From Octopus vulgaris (lineage: Eukaryota): a stretch of DNA of 64,000 nt. The notes beneath the pieces are model-generated. The model had not been told where the DNA came from and searched no databases. It saw nothing but the letters and a program-made list of their open reading frames with translations. Below are positions 27,131 through 41,858 of the stretch, in pieces. The stretch is from positions 79,670,001 to 79,734,000 of the forward strand of contig OX597814.1 in assembly GCA_951406725.2 (NCBI GenBank), read 5' to 3'. Positions within the stretch are counted from its first letter, which is position 1. Each line of letters begins with the position of its first letter. The translations under genes were made by a program, and so were the position numbers.

Positions 27131-27997
27131 TTATCATCGAAATTGTGCTGAATTTATCTCGATAACTGATGAGGCGAGAGCGTGGTCACATCCTTTCATT
27201 GTTTTACCTGTTTTCTGAATGGTCCGTCCTCGTCTTTCACTGCATCTTTTTACCATTACGTATCAATCATGGCTGGAACATCTTTGATCAGAAGTCTGTT
27301 TGATCAGCGGAAACTGGGGCTAAAAAATTTAGAGATCGTTTTATTTACGTATTGACTGTCCCAGACCCTTAAAATATATGGTGACAACTGACTTTTCACA
27401 TTTTTTTCTTTACTATAATATAGGGTCACTGGTGAAAGGGTATGGATATGGTGAAGATAAATAAAAATAAAGAATAAAATTGTGTAACTTGAAGCTATCT
27501 AAATATACGTATAGACAATTAGTTTTGTACGTTCTTCCACTGGTTTCGTGTTAATGATATGGCATATGTCTGTCTCTGTGGTTTGTTTTGTATGTTTGTT
27601 TTATTTTTTTCTTTCCTTTCTGACTAGCTAGTAATTTTAAAAGACGTGATGTCTGTCTGTGTTACCCACTCATCAGCGAACAAAATAACACAAACAAACA
27701 AAAGACAGACTAATTGTACGTTCGTTCGATTTAGCTCGTGACTGTTGATGACAATGTGTTTTAACATCGACTCTTTAGTGTGGATAGAATAAATGAACCA
27801 ATGTCTTGATAGAAAATCGATGTGTCTAAAGGTATGGGCTAGGGAAGGAAGAAGTTATTGTGAGAGAGAAATAAAGAGAGAGAGAGCGAGAGAGGGAGAG
27901 AGAGATAGATAGATGGAGGGAGCGTGAGAGAGAGTGAGAAAGTGAGAGAAATAGAGAGGGAAACGGAGCGAAACATTTGTATATACTGAGAGAGGTG

Positions 27998-28029
<32 letters not shown>

Positions 28030-28039
28030 TGTATGTATG

Positions 28040-28090
<51 letters not shown>

Positions 28091-28282
28091 ATATACATAT
28101 AAAGAGAGAGAACTTGCTGAGTCACGTATATACTCATACAAAGTTGGATATACATATTTATATATATATATATATATATAATATATATCCTTCTATATAT
28201 ATATATATAAATGTTCTACTAATATATGCATATATGCATGTATATATATATGTATGTATGTATATATGTATATATATGTGTG

Positions 28283-28334
<52 letters not shown>

Positions 28335-28657
28335 TCCATGCATACATGCAAAAATACATACTTACGTACATGCATACATAAATACATAGATAAATACATA
28401 CATACATACATACATACATACATACATACATACATACATACATACATACATACAGGTATGTATGTATGTATATTAATGTGAGAGAGATAGGCATAGAGCG
28501 GGGTATAAGAGGAAAATATACTGAGAGAGAAATGAGAGATGATAAAACTTTGCAAATATTAGTAGCAAACACTGTAATGTATGTGTGTAGGTCTTACTTT
28601 CTTTCTCTCCATCCCTCTCTCAACCTCTCTTCAGTCTCTGTCTACATAAATGCATAG

Positions 28658-28750
<93 letters not shown>

Positions 28751-29689
28751 GTATATATGTATATATCTATATCTGTGTGTGTGCGTGTGTGTATACATAC
28801 ATATCTCTCTCTCTCTCTCTCTATATATATTAAATATATATATATATTTATATATGCACACATACATCTATATATGTATACATACACTTATATACATATA
28901 CATATATGCGCAAATAAGTATACATATAATGACTATATATATATATATATATAATTATCAGAATATATGTACATATCTATGTATTAGTGTGTGTGTGTGT
29001 GCGTGTGTGTGTGTACATAGTAAATAGATGCAGGAGTGAAAGGTGATAGCAAGTGAAACAATGCCATTGAAATTAATGCATGAGCTAAAGCATTGAAAAA
29101 ATATGGAGAAAAATAAAAAAAAAACCTAAATCACATAACGTAGAAACAATATGGAGTCATGTCATATAAAGTGAAGCATTAGTGGATGTAGTTAAGACAA
29201 GTGAGGTTTCAAATGCCGTTGGTATTAACATAGGGTTTCGGCGGAGTGGTGTGGAAGCTGACATAAGTAGCTAGTACGATGGTCAATGTCTTCTTAGATT
29301 AACCACTAAGCAAAATAAGCTTGAGGTTTGTGTAGCATAGAAAGGAGGTATCACTGAGTTTATCATGATAAAACCGGGGCAGCTAAACCAGGTCTCACAA
29401 AAAGGAGTCCATAATATATGTTGACACAGTCGCACACGCACACACACCCATACTCACACCCATTTTCATGTATAAATAGATGCGTGTGTATCCATGTATA
29501 TATATATATATATATATATATATCCATTATATATATATACATACACATATATACATATATATATATATATATATGTGCGTGTGTGTGTGTGCATGGTTCT
29601 TTTCAATGGCTGATAATACCTTACCGGCACCACTCGAGTAAGGACATTATTTACTCCATAAATGGGGCCCTAAAAGGTACTACTAGTCC

Positions 29690-30030
29690 AGACAAGATAA
29701 ACTAGCAAAAAATTATCCAGTAATTTTTTGCTAGTTTATTTTGTCCTTTTGTCTTCTCTCCTGGTGCTGTATGAACATTTAATGTGGTTTTAGAGTCAAG
29801 TTTTCGCTGCTATTTCCAGCGTGAAAGTATCTCTTAGACACCCTAAGTTATGATTTTAATAATAATTATTATCTTTGAAGGTTTTTATTCTCATGCTGTT
29901 TATCTTGTTTATCTTGTCCATTTGTCTTCTCTTCTGGTGCTGTATGGACATTTAATGTGGTTTTAGAATCAAGTTTTGGCTGCTATTTCCAGCTTGGAGG
30001 TATATCTTAGATACCCTAAATTATAATTTA
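29690..30030 (+). mobile_element. Penelope-like tail family (same as 13000-13357), tandemly duplicated with a local hairpin
   Basis: Two copies of tgtcttctct..ctggtgctgtatg.acatttaatgtggttttaga.tcaagtttt.gctgctatttccagc...ttaga.accctaa, homologous to 13240-13357. Confidence 0.7.
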
Positions 30031-30231
30031 TATATATATATATATTCTATAATTATGAGTATAATTATAATTAAGGTTCAGCAAAATTTGCTTTGCCACC
30101 CACATACCGAAATTTAGAAATAGCAGTTAAAACTACTATTTTACTACCATAAAAAAATCTCGCAGACAGCAATACTCAACAACTCACGCAGGTAAAGAGA
30201 AAAAAATAACGAATCCACTCGGCTCTGTTTA

Positions 30232-30311
30232 ACTGTATACGCGTTTCGGAGTTAGAGAGATGTGAAAAATGTAAAATCATATTTCTACTCTCTCATTCTC
30301 TTCAGTGCAGT
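30232..30311 (-). ncRNA. Type I hammerhead-like motif with canonical core
   Basis: ACTGCA-CTGAAGA-extended stem II (GAGAG/CTCTC)-GAAAC-GC-GTA-TACAGT; palindrome ACGCGT; GUA triplet; one mismatch in stem I. Confidence 0.8.
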
Positions 30312-30846
30312 AATTCAAGATTTTAAATTTGTGAGCGCTGAAAATTAACATACTTATCTGATCAAGCGACATCAGACAACGTATATCCAACGATCAGTAC
30401 TTCCGAATTCAAACAGACGAATGAGATCTCGTATTCCTCCACACTCACTCACGTGTGCCAACGAGTAAAATTCCGCAGGAAACTGCACTTAACTATCAGG
30501 GAGAGAATTATATTTCGTTATGCAACCGTAATATACTACAAAGCATATTAAACGCACTTCATGTTCTGCAGTGTTAACAGTGGTATTACATCACATGTTA
30601 AGGTTATCTCTCCAGATTTTCAATAGAAATTATAGCCAGCACTGATCTGTTAGACGTTTCTTATCCAGTTACGTCTAAGGTAAACAACAATGCGATCGAA
30701 GATGGAAAAATGGGTAATGGATGTATATGCAATATTTCAAGTGCCCTTGATCCTCCATCAGCACAACATGGATGCTTAATGGGTTGGCTGTTGTGCTGAT
30801 GAAGGAGCATGAACTTTTGAAATATGTATGGCATATACATCCATTG

Positions 30847-31120
30847 AGGAGGCGCAATAGTCCAGTGGTTAGGGCAGCGGACTTCCAGACCGGGCGTTGT
30901 GTGTGTTTATTGAGCGAAAACACCTAAAAGCTCTACGAGGCTCCAGCAGGGGGTGGTGACGACCCTTGTATTCTTTCGCTACAACTTTCTCTCACTCTCT
31001 TTTACTGTTTCTTGAGTAACGCTGCGATGGACTGGCGTACCGTTCAGCTGGAGGGGAACACATATGCCACAGAAACCGGGAAACCGGGCCCATGAGCCTG
31101 GCTAGGCTTGAAAAGGGCAA
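30847..31120 (+). mobile_element. SINE family C (tRNA-derived)
   Basis: Head ggcgcaatagtccagtggttagggcagcggact; 3' domain ctgcgatggactggcgtaccgttcag...acagaaaccggg; A-rich end. Confidence 0.7.
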
Positions 31121-32179
31121 AAAGAAGAATACACCTATTACCTATTTTTCCATCTTCAATCGCATTGTTGTTTTACATTAGACGTATTCGAATATGAAAC
31201 GTCGTAATAAATATGTGTTGGCTATAAAAAACATGGAAAATATAAGTCCTTCAGAAATAATAAACTCACTGGTTTCGGATGGTCAACGAAGACCATCGAC
31301 TCAGCCCTTTCATCCAATAACCCTCCAACAAAATACGAAAAAAAATGTTATGGGTCAGATAGAAGGATTACGGTTTTTAATATCATATTTTCATACCGTA
31401 TGAAGTAGAGTTAAACAGGTTTCTTTATTAACAGTAAAGACATATAAGGAAAATAAAAAGAATAAACAGCTGCCAGGATAATAAATTTATCAAAACGTCA
31501 ATATAAACCAATATAAAACGTATAAAAAGATAGCGGTACCAAATGCAAAAAGAAACCAGCATAACATAAAATAAATAGCATAAATAAAAGCAAGAACAAT
31601 GGCTGAAGTTAATGTCTATAAACAAGTTTTCAAAATTCATCCATCCTTAGAAAGACGTTGAATCTGACAGGAATAATAAAAAAAAAGGCAGTCATTTAAG
31701 AACTATCAATCTGTGGCAATGGTCTTTATGCTTGCTATTAGATAGAGCTAATAACTACCAACCCCAACATAGAGAACAAACAAACAAATATAAATTGTTA
31801 CAACATCTCTCCAACAATGACGAGAAATATTTTGGACATCATTAGACAGAAAAAAAATCTTTTGTGTTTATTTTATCATTTATTAGTTGTGGTTTTTTCT
31901 TCCTGCATTGTTTTATTGTTTTTCTTTTTAATTTAAATTTTACGTTATTGCTATATTTATTTTTTAATTTTTGAAAATATTTTTAAAAGTATTTCATATC
32001 CTGAGTAATTAATGACTTTCGCGCAGATATTGACAGCTTTAAAATATCAGTATTTTCCATTTTGATTTTTAGCTTCATATCGTAACACTGTTCTAGAAAT
32101 ACAAGTCGCTATCGATTCCATTATACATCAATTTGATTACATCAATTTTAAATGTTTATAATAATTATTATTATTGTTG

Positions 32180-32226
<47 letters not shown>

Positions 32227-32229
32227 GTT

Positions 32230-32280
<51 letters not shown>

Positions 32281-32296
32281 CCTAAGGAAGTTACCT

Positions 32297-32650
<354 letters not shown>

Positions 32651-32654
32651 TAAC

Positions 32655-33310
32655 TTTCCAGTTTATTTTGGCCGTGCTATGGAGGCAAACCTTTTGGACC
32701 AGTTCTACTGGACACTCTATTTTGATTTCCTATATATTCCTCTCGATGCTTTCCAATACCGTCTCCAAGGACCCAACAATAATTGGCACAATCTTCACCT
32801 TCATTCACCTTCACTTTCCACAATCGAGCTATCTCGTATTTAAGAGTGTTGTATATGACTATTTTTCGACTTCCTTATTGACTATTCGTGGGTCAAAGAG
32901 GCACGCAACATCAATTACAGACCACATGCGGTTCACTTTACCCACCACCACTAGGTCCTGCTTGTTGTGCTCAAGCACCTCGTCTGTTTGGATTAGGAAA
33001 TCCCATAGGAGTTTGCAGATCTTCAACTCCACCACTCTCTGTAGTTTGAGCTCATACCTCGCATGCATCTCTCTAGCCCCCACTTTCCAAAAAGTTTCTA
33101 ACTACCTCATCACGTCACCACAACTTCTATTAGTTTTGGGTAAGTCGAGGGCATTCGTTTTGGTAATGGTTTCGTCAGAGTGGGGTCACTTGCTCATTCG
33201 TAAGGTTGACCCTCCAGTTTGTGGTCTTGTGCTGCCAGTTTCTTTTTCCAGTGTTCCTTTCTTCAACCAGTTCTATCTATGTTCTCCAGCAAATTCAGTT
33301 GTTGTAGTTG
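32655..33310 (-). pseudogene. R4/Dong-like RLE fragment, degraded
   Basis: KLLWDFLIQTDEVLEHNKQDLVVV...VIDVACLFD...KYEIARLW...VPIIVGSL. Confidence 0.85.
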
Positions 33311-33339
33311 GTATTATTATTATTATTATTATTATTATG

Positions 33340-34330
33340 TAGTTTTATTTTTATTTTTATAGCGTGCTTTCACTTCACTACCGAGCGCAGCTCTGTGTGC
33401 CTTGGGTATGTGCTGTGATTTGTTGTGATGCTCTGATGGTTATTGTATGGAAAGTGTTCTGCGTAGGATGTGTGCAGTGCCTAGTAGTGCAATTTTCTGT
33501 ATGTTATATGTGTTTGTAAGTCCTGGTGTTTTTGTTATGTATTTGTCTGAATATTTTTTTATCATGCCTAATGCACCTACTATGATAGGAATTGTTTCTG
33601 TTTTCAGATTCCACATTCTAGTTACCTCTATTTCCAGGTCTTTGTATTTTGAGAGTTTCTCCATTTCTTTTAGAGACACGTTGTCATCTGCCGGTACTGA
33701 TACATCAATTAGAAAGCATTTTTTTTCTTCATGGTCTCTGACAACTATATCTGGTCTGTTGGCCTTAATTTCTCTATCTGTGTGTATCGGCATATCCCAG
33801 AGTATGGTTGCTTTCTCGTTTTCTGTGACCTTTTCTGGTGTGTGCCTATACCATCTTTTTTCTGTTGTTATTCCATAATGTTGGCATAGCTTCCAATGTA
33901 TGTAAGTTCCAACTCTGTCATGTCTGTGAATATATTCCTTCTTAGCCAGGACTGGGCAGCTAGAGTTAATATGATTTATTGTTTCTTGTCCATCTCCACA
34001 TATTCTGCAGTTACTTGTAATATTTCTTTTCATTACATGTTTTTGGTAATTTCTGGTGGGGAGGCTTTGGTCTTGTGCTGCAATTAAAAATCCCTCTGTT
34101 TCTGCTTTGAGTCCTGAGCTTCTCAACCATTGCTGGGATTTTTCTTTGTCTATTTCTTTTGCGTTTAGTTTAGTCCAGTATTTACCATGAAGGGGCTTTT
34201 CTTGCCATCGTTTTATCATGGTTTGTTGCTGTTCTATTTTTAGTTTGGATTTCATTTTTTTTATAGCTTTTGTTGTTTCTTCATCTTCTTCTTCTTCTTC
34301 ATGTTTATTAGGTGGTATGATTTCTTGTTT
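33340..34330 (-). mobile_element. 5'-truncated Dong/R4-clade non-LTR retrotransposon inserted in (TAA)n
   Basis: Uninterrupted ORF 33440-34255, short 3' UTR, (TAA)n on both sides (33314-33337 and 34333-34410). Confidence 0.92.
33440..34255 (-). CDS. C-terminal part of R4/Dong ORF: CCHC zinc knuckle plus restriction-like endonuclease
   Basis: KPLHG, ETEGFLIAAQDQSL, CRICG..QETINHINSSC, RHD, NRPDIVV...LIDVSVP, K..KY.DL, PIIVGALG. Confidence 0.93.
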   Translation of the reverse strand: MKSKLKIEQQQTMIKRWQEKPLHGKYWTKLNAKEIDKEKSQQWLRSSGLKAETEGFLIAAQDQSLPTRNYQKHVMKRNITSNCRICGDGQETINHINSSCPVLAKKEYIHRHDRVGTYIHWKLCQHYGITTEKRWYRHTPEKVTENEKATILWDMPIHTDREIKANRPDIVVRDHEEKKCFLIDVSVPADDNVSLKEMEKLSKYKDLEIEVTRMWNLKTETIPIIVGALGMIKKYSDKYITKTPGLTNTYNIQKIALLGTAHILRRTLSIQ

Positions 34331-34397
<67 letters not shown>

Positions 34398-34569
34398 TAT
34401 TATTATTATTTCTCGCTTAAAATGCAAGTTTGATGCGATCGCTTGCCGGGACACATCCAGTGCCCTAGGGTAAGTGGAGGCAAAAAAATGCTGAAATATA
34501 ACTGAAAGCTTGGCGAGGAGAAATGGGGAGGGCAGTACAGAAATACATTTGTATAATACAACAGAAGTA

Positions 34570-34900
34570 TTTAAATTGATCGTTTTTCTTAGGATCTGGG
34601 CGGTTTCTTTGAGATATGGTTCTCCTGAGATGCTGTCAAGATATTTCTAACATGCTCTGTTTATCATACCTAGGGCACTTTTTTGCTTTAAGATGCTACA
34701 TCATTTGCATTTCAATTTCCATGCCTTTATATTTACTAAGCTTGTCAAATTCTTTAATTGATATATTTTTATCAGTAGAGACATTTACATCGATCAGTTT
34801 ACAAGTATTTTCTTCCCTTTATTTAATGACTATGTACGGTTGATTAACCTGGAATGTTCTGTCAGTGTTGACTGGAAAATCCCATAGTATAAGTGATATT
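34570..34900 (-). pseudogene. R4/Dong-like RLE fragment, degraded
   Basis: WDFPVNTDRTFQVNQPYIVIK...CKLIDVNVSTDKNISIKEFDKLSKYK. Confidence 0.8.
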
Positions 34901-34948
34901 TTCACTTCCAGCCGCTGGCTCAGGATAGTGTTCGTACCAGTTAGCAGG

Positions 34949-35042
<94 letters not shown>

Positions 35043-35061
35043 TTGCTATGGTTGTTGTTGT

Positions 35062-35250
35062 AGAATCGTTAGCACGCCAGGCAAATTAATGAGCAATATT
35101 TCGCTTGTCTTTATGCTCTGACTTCAAATTCCGCCGCGGTCGACTTTGCCTTTCCTCCTTTCGGGGCGGATAATTTAAGTACCAGTGGATGTAATCGGCT
35201 TAACTCATCAACAACAAAAAAGATTTCAGGCCTTGTGCCTATAGTAGAAA
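35062..35250 (+). mobile_element. SINE family B followed by (CTA)n
   Basis: agaatcgttagcacgcc...ttcaaattccgccgcggtcgactttgcctttc...ggccttgtgcctatagtagaaa. Confidence 0.8.
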
Positions 35251-35251
35251 A

Positions 35252-35336
<85 letters not shown>

Positions 35337-36385
35337 GCTGCTGCTGTGGTTGTTGATAAAATAAATACGAGTGGAGCAATGAGTTCAAATGTAATCGACT
35401 AGCCTTTTCCCATTAAAATTTCAAGCCATGTGCCTGTAGTAGTAGTAGTAAAAGAAAGAAAACTATTATCATATCTTTTAACAAAATACGGAATGGACAG
35501 TTCTCGTATGTATTATTCATGGCTTCGATGAGTATTGTATATCAAATACAAATACACGCATACACCCACGCGCGTGCACCTACATGAACCATGCATTCAC
35601 ATACACATACTCATATATCAAACACATTACTAAATTCATCACTGTGCTGAACATTTCGTGTGATATACCAAACATGTCGAACCTAGTGAAATCATCAGTT
35701 GTTTTTCGTAAACATTTAGTATCTCCATTGTGCTATTGTTGTTGTTTAGCTTCAGGCTAGGCGTTGTGAAATAGAGATAGAATCAATAAATGACACCCCG
35801 GCCATATTTCGAATTTCGAGAGATTGTTTACCTTAGATTATATTAATCAGTATACATTTATTAAAAGATGCTTGCGTATGATAAGAAGGACGATCGAGTG
35901 TTATGTTTGGCAGTTGGAGCAACCGTGCGTAGATTCCTATAGGTTTTATATAAAGAAAAGTAACTGTTAACCTTTGCTGTCTGTTGCAGTTGATGTACTT
36001 ACAATAATCTGTGTTCATTCTGCTCTTATCTCTCTGGTCGAGAGCCCAGTTACCTAACCCTCTTCTATAATCAGTTCGATTTCTGACGTGTATTTGAGTT
36101 TTTGTTCTTTTCTTTTTTGTCAATTTGTCGTTTTACAAAAATTGTCTTTTAAGAAAAGTGGTCACTGTTTTTCAGTGCAGGAATCTCATTCTCCTCGCTC
36201 TACTTACACATCTCCCTTACACACATTTGACCTCTCTCTTCTCCCCGACTATCTTTCAATTTCTCCAAGTCTTTCCAGTTCTACAAACAAATTTTCCATT
36301 CTATTTCGCCAAAAATTCTTGATCGCATTAGTTTTATTCCATTATCTGTAATATAGCATCAATGATTGTCATTGCCAATAAGAGT

Positions 36386-36460
<75 letters not shown>

Positions 36461-37745
36461 GTTTACATGTAAACATGTTTACATGTAAACATACACATAC
36501 ACATAGATAGTGATATATAAATATATATGTATATAAACATACATATATGTGCATATGTATATGTGTGTTTGTGCGTGTGCATTTATGTATGACCCAAGTA
36601 TCGGCCAGACCATCTTCATGTGTCAATTTCAAAATCTTGACTGCTTGTATTTCGTTAAATCTATGTGTGCATGTGTGAGTGTTTATCTGTCAGAGTATTA
36701 GGATGTACATATACGTGTATATGTGTGAGTGTGTGTGTGTGTTTGTGTCTGTGTGAGTATATGTATGTGTAAGTGTTTGTGTGTTTATGTGTGAATAATG
36801 GCCTTCTCTAAATGATGTCTACTGTTGTCTGACATGAAATAATTTGAAAGAAAATGGGACGGTCATACAAATCGATATGAGCAAATACTCGTACACACAC
36901 CCTCACACCGTCGAACACACACCCTCACACCGTTATACACACACACGTATACGTACGCACGCACACAGAAACACACACACACAAACACACACACATGAAT
37001 CCACATAAATACACCACCATAAAAAAAAGCAACGAACAAAAAAAGTATAAAAAATATACGGAAATACTAACAACAATCTGTATGAAATAATAAATAACGT
37101 CTTAATTAGGAGGAGTTCTAGATTGTTCATCAAAGAAGAATATGAAGATGTACTGGACGTGAAGGAAGAGATAGATAGAGAGAAACCGAGATTCACACAC
37201 ATATGCACACAAACAAAATGGCTTCGCAATGGCCGACATCAAAGGTTTATGGTTTTTGATCCCACTCATCGGATACAGACCAACTCTCCACCGCTGACTT
37301 GTAAACTGCAGCTATTCCGAATTAAAAGGCTTTGCTTTTTGTTATTTGTTTGTATGTGTGTAATTTTATTTGTCTACTTTATTTCTTTTGTGGTTTTTCT
37401 TTTTTACTTGTTAGTTTTAAATTTTATTTGACTTCTCTGTGAAGCTTCGTTGTATGTTTATATTCTGGCATTTACTATAGATTTTACTACTGATGAAATA
37501 TATGAGTATGCATACAATATACAATGTATGCACATAAATACAAACACATACGAACAATCAGGAAAACGTACAAGTGTGCCAATGTATATACAAATGAATG
37601 CGCACATACATGCACACACATATGAACACTCACACACACATATATATAAATGCATATACAAATACATATGTATACGTATATACATGCATATAGATATATA
37701 TATAAATATCTATCTATTTACATACACATATATGTGTATGTATAT

Positions 37746-37785
<40 letters not shown>

Positions 37786-37937
37786 TATATATGATATGTG
37801 TGTGTGTATGTGTGTGGACGCGCACGCCTATGTATGTATGTGCGTGAATATAAACGTGTGTATTCTGCATTGGTTTTATATTTTTTCAACAGATCTGAAT
37901 CCACGCTTTTGACTAAATCGAGTAAGAGAGAGAGAGA

Positions 37938-37977
<40 letters not shown>

Positions 37978-38149
37978 AGATAGAGGGGGAGAAAGAAACA
38001 TATAGAGAGAGGCTGATGAGTCTTGAAGGAAGTAAATAGCTCGAGGAAACAATTGTCTAGCGGTGAATGTTGGCATGTATAACGCGAAATATGTATGTTT
38101 GAATGTATGACCCAAGAAGAATGACTTCTGTCCATGACCTTGGTAAGAC

Positions 38150-38560
38150 CTTCAAGATTAGTGAGTCAGGTACAGCTCATTTTCACATTGAGCATCTGTA
38201 AGTTAACGTCAAAGGGAAGATAGAATCCAGGGGGTGGACATTTCAGGAGAGGAGTGATTAAGAAGTGTTTAATTTTCAGAAACCTGGACTAAGAAATACT
38301 GGAGTTAAATAGCGAGGAGAGTGGAGTTGATATTGGTCTACCTGGATTTTGTAGGGTTTGAGTAGGCCTCCATATGTAGTTGTTCTATGTTGGGTTGGAG
38401 CTGGTTAAAGAAACAGGTAATTGAAATGGAAGAAGAAGAGAGGAGACAGGGTGTCTGTGCGTGAAAGATGGTAGTGTGCTATTCTGTGAGTCATTGCACA
38501 GGAGTCGGGCGGCCATATTTTACGTATATTTGCCTGTAAAGAGAACGAACAATTTGGAGT
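38150..38560 (-). pseudogene. Probable CR1/L2-type LINE 3' end remnant
   Basis: Broken translation resembling the L.HRR...LSLFY...SF.....LWN.LP..FP..YNL..FK C-terminus of these LINEs. Confidence 0.4.
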
Positions 38561-38773
38561 AAATGAAGGATTACTCAACAGAAAAATAAACTCATAATCA
38601 GAAAAATACATAAACACCCACCCACACACTCATACACACACTACGACACCCATAGACATACACGCACATGCATATATATATATACGTACCAACATATCTA
38701 TACACACAAATACACACATATATACATGTACATTTATCTGTATATATATGTGTGTGTATGCATGAATGCATCA

Positions 38774-38864
<91 letters not shown>

Positions 38865-38991
38865 TGTATGTATGTATGTATGTATGTAGGTATGTATATA
38901 TATATATACATATATATACACATGCATGCATACTTACACACATATATATATATACATATACGTTTAATTATATATATGTATATATATGTAT

Positions 38992-39022
<31 letters not shown>

Positions 39023-39058
39023 CATCTACATATATATTTATATATATACACACACATA

Positions 39059-39832
39059 CAGGGTGCGATGGGTAAATTGCAACCATTTTATATTATTAAT
39101 TTTGCGCATGCGCATCGTTTATTTGTCGACTACACAGTTTGATAGGGTCAGCTAGGCACCATCTGTGAGAAAAACAGCACCACAAAGCAATTGACTCAGA
39201 CAGAAATTTGGAAATGATATGCTGTAATGCTTGGAATTCATGTGAGAAACTCCAATACGAACATTTCAGAGTATTTGGGTGACAATCTGAAGACATGTAC
39301 CGAGAGTCAAACATCCAAGTCAATATCATTAACATCCAGTCAAAATCAAACATCTATGTCAATACCATGGTGATGGCGACATTATGCCTCCATTCGTCTT
39401 TCTACACGCCCTCAGACCCTACATCAAGTGCCTGGAGGAGATAGTGCTGCCCTGGGTCAAGGGAGTGGCTGTTGGAAGACTCTATGTCAGGACTCTGCAA
39501 CTTGCTGTCAGACAATTTCACATCATCCTTAACATCTGGCTACCTAACTCCCCAGACTCCAGTCCCCTTGAATATTATGTGTGGGGTGCACTTGAGCGAG
39601 AGATCAACAAAACTGCTTCAAACAGCAAAGTTGAACTGAAAGCAAAAATTATGGCAGCATTCACCAACTTAAACTCCAGAAGAGTTGCAGGAGATTCCGA
39701 AATTATTTTGAGGCCGTGGTTGAAGTCAATGGTGATTTTATTGAAAAAATTTACTCTTTAGTTTTATAATGAAATGTCAGTGTTATTTTCATTTGTGCGT
39801 AATTTAGACGACAGTTTATTCAAGGCGCCCTG
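39059..39832 (+). mobile_element. Internally deleted copy of the 19161-20414 transposon family
   Basis: TA-flanked cagggtgcg ... ggcgccctg ends; WLPNSPDSSPLEYYVWGALEREINK in ORF 39384-39761. Confidence 0.88.
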
Positions 39833-39840
39833 TATATATG

Positions 39841-39877
<37 letters not shown>

Positions 39878-40423
39878 CAACTACGGTAGTAGTTGAATAA
39901 TATTCTGAAGGCCACAATTCACTCACACGCAGCATTTTTCAGAGCTTGTCGCTAATTCAGTTCTTAACCAAATGGAAAACCTTTATCATTTTTGAAGAGG
40001 ACTGGTTCCTAGCTACATTTTGTCATAAAAATTGAGATTTGATTCAGTATAAAAATAATTTACATAAAAATATGTAGCAATGTTATAAAGCCACCAAGCA
40101 AGTTTAGATCTAAATAACATTTTTTTTATTTTAAAAGCAAAACTTATTTATCTTAGCATCAATGATAGAAGAAAGTGTGGTCCCATGCAACAAAAATTTG
40201 TATCATAAAAGTTGTGAGATAAAATATTATGAAAAAATTTAAGGTAAAAATTTGGATTTAAGTTGATTTTACCTTCTTCACTTTAAAAACAAGCTATATT
40301 TTAATTAAGCTTAAATGATAGATCTAAATTGAGGAATTTCATGGTATCAATCTTATGCAATGACGTTTTAAAAGAAAAACGTTGTGAGTGTTTGTTTCTC
40401 AAATTTGAGGGTGATAATATATA

Positions 40424-41683
40424 CAGGGCTTGGAGAAAAAAATAGAAACACCTAGCATCATAGCATCATAATTTTGAAATAGCCAAAAATAAAAGCATCA
40501 AAAGCTTGTTTGTTTTTGATTTATTATTAATGTTGCTTAATGCTTTGCTAAAATTGCTGTTTCTTTTCATATATCATCAGAAAAAGGTAATTAAAATTCT
40601 TTAAAATGACAGATCTAACGGACTTTAGAGGTGAAATTGTTGGTGCTCATATGGCAGGTGCTAGCGTAACGAAAAAAGCCGAAATGTTTGGTGTATCAAG
40701 AAGTAGTGTCTTGAAAGTAATGACAGCCCTTGAGAAAGAGGAAAAAATCTCCTCATCGAAACAAAACTCAGGAAGAAACCCAAAACTTTCGGATAGGGAC
40801 TGTCGGACTCTTACACGAATTGTTAGAAAGGATCACAAAAGTACAGCACCCAAAATTACTGCAGAGCTGAATGACCACCTCGAGAACCCAGTTTCCACAA
40901 AATCTATTTGCCGGGAGCTGCACAAAGCCGGATTTTTGCGGAAGGGCTGCAATAAAAAAAACACTACTTTCAAAAGCAAACGTTGCAAAGCGTTTATAGT
41001 GGAGTAAAAGCCTACAGAATTGCTCCCTAGAGCAGTGGAAGAATGTTATTTTCTTGGACAAGTCATCCTTTACCTTATCCGCCCACCGGCCGAGTTAACG
41101 TGTGGAGACATCCGAAAGAGGCATTTGACCCAGACTGCCTTCTTCCAATAGTTAAACATGGAGGAGGATCTGTGATAATCTGGTGGGCTGTATCTTGGTA
41201 ATCCACCGGTCCAAAGATTCCCCTTCATGGCAGAATTAATAGTCAAAACTATTTAAGTAATTTATCTGATGAAATTCATGCTATGACTGCGGAACTGTTT
41301 CCGGAGGAAACGCAATCTTTCAGGATGATAATGAACCACTTCACACAACTAAAGTTGTTACTGAATGGCACAAGGACCATTCTAGCGGAGTTGAACATCT
41401 TATTTGACCACTACAGTTCCTAGATCTCAATATTATTGAATATCTATGGTGTATTTTAGAAAAACGAATATAGATTCGATATCCTTCACTATCATCACTA
41501 CAAGAACTGGTGACTGTTTTAGCCGAAGAATAGACAAAAATTACTTTGGAAACAATTCAAATTTATACGAGTCCATACCTCATAGAATTAAAGTTGTAAT
41601 TACTGCCAAAGGCGGTCCTACTCCATATTAAAATTAATTTGTTTGAAATTTTAAGGTATTTCTATTATTTTGTCCAATCGCTG
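40424..41683 (+). mobile_element. Tc1-like transposon with disrupted transposase at 40606-41630
   Basis: TA-flanked TIRs cagggcttggagaaaaaaatagaaacacct / aggtatttctattattttgtccaatcgctg; DLTDFRGEIVGA, SGRNPKLSDRD, VKHGGGS, QDDN, PDLNIIE.LW, KGGPTPY*. Confidence 0.92.
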
Positions 41684-41858
41684 TAGTTCTATACATTTTT
41701 ATGAATATTGTTCCTGGGGACTTTCTATATATGTCATTGGCATCATTGAGATAAGGAAAAAATTTTCAATGACATCGCTAAATGACACATTTGACACATT
41801 AATTAGCATAATAGCATACCTTGGAAAAAATCCAAGGATTACATGGGAAAATACGAAC

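Noticed and set aside
27160-27240. CTGATGAG-GC-GAGA-GC (and a similar half-motif at about 27650-27680 on minus)
   Set aside because: Only the 5' half of the core is present, with no GAAA or cleavage stem
32668-33878. Plus-strand ORFs of 224 aa and 143 aa
   Set aside because: Antisense shadows of the minus-strand R4/Dong fragments
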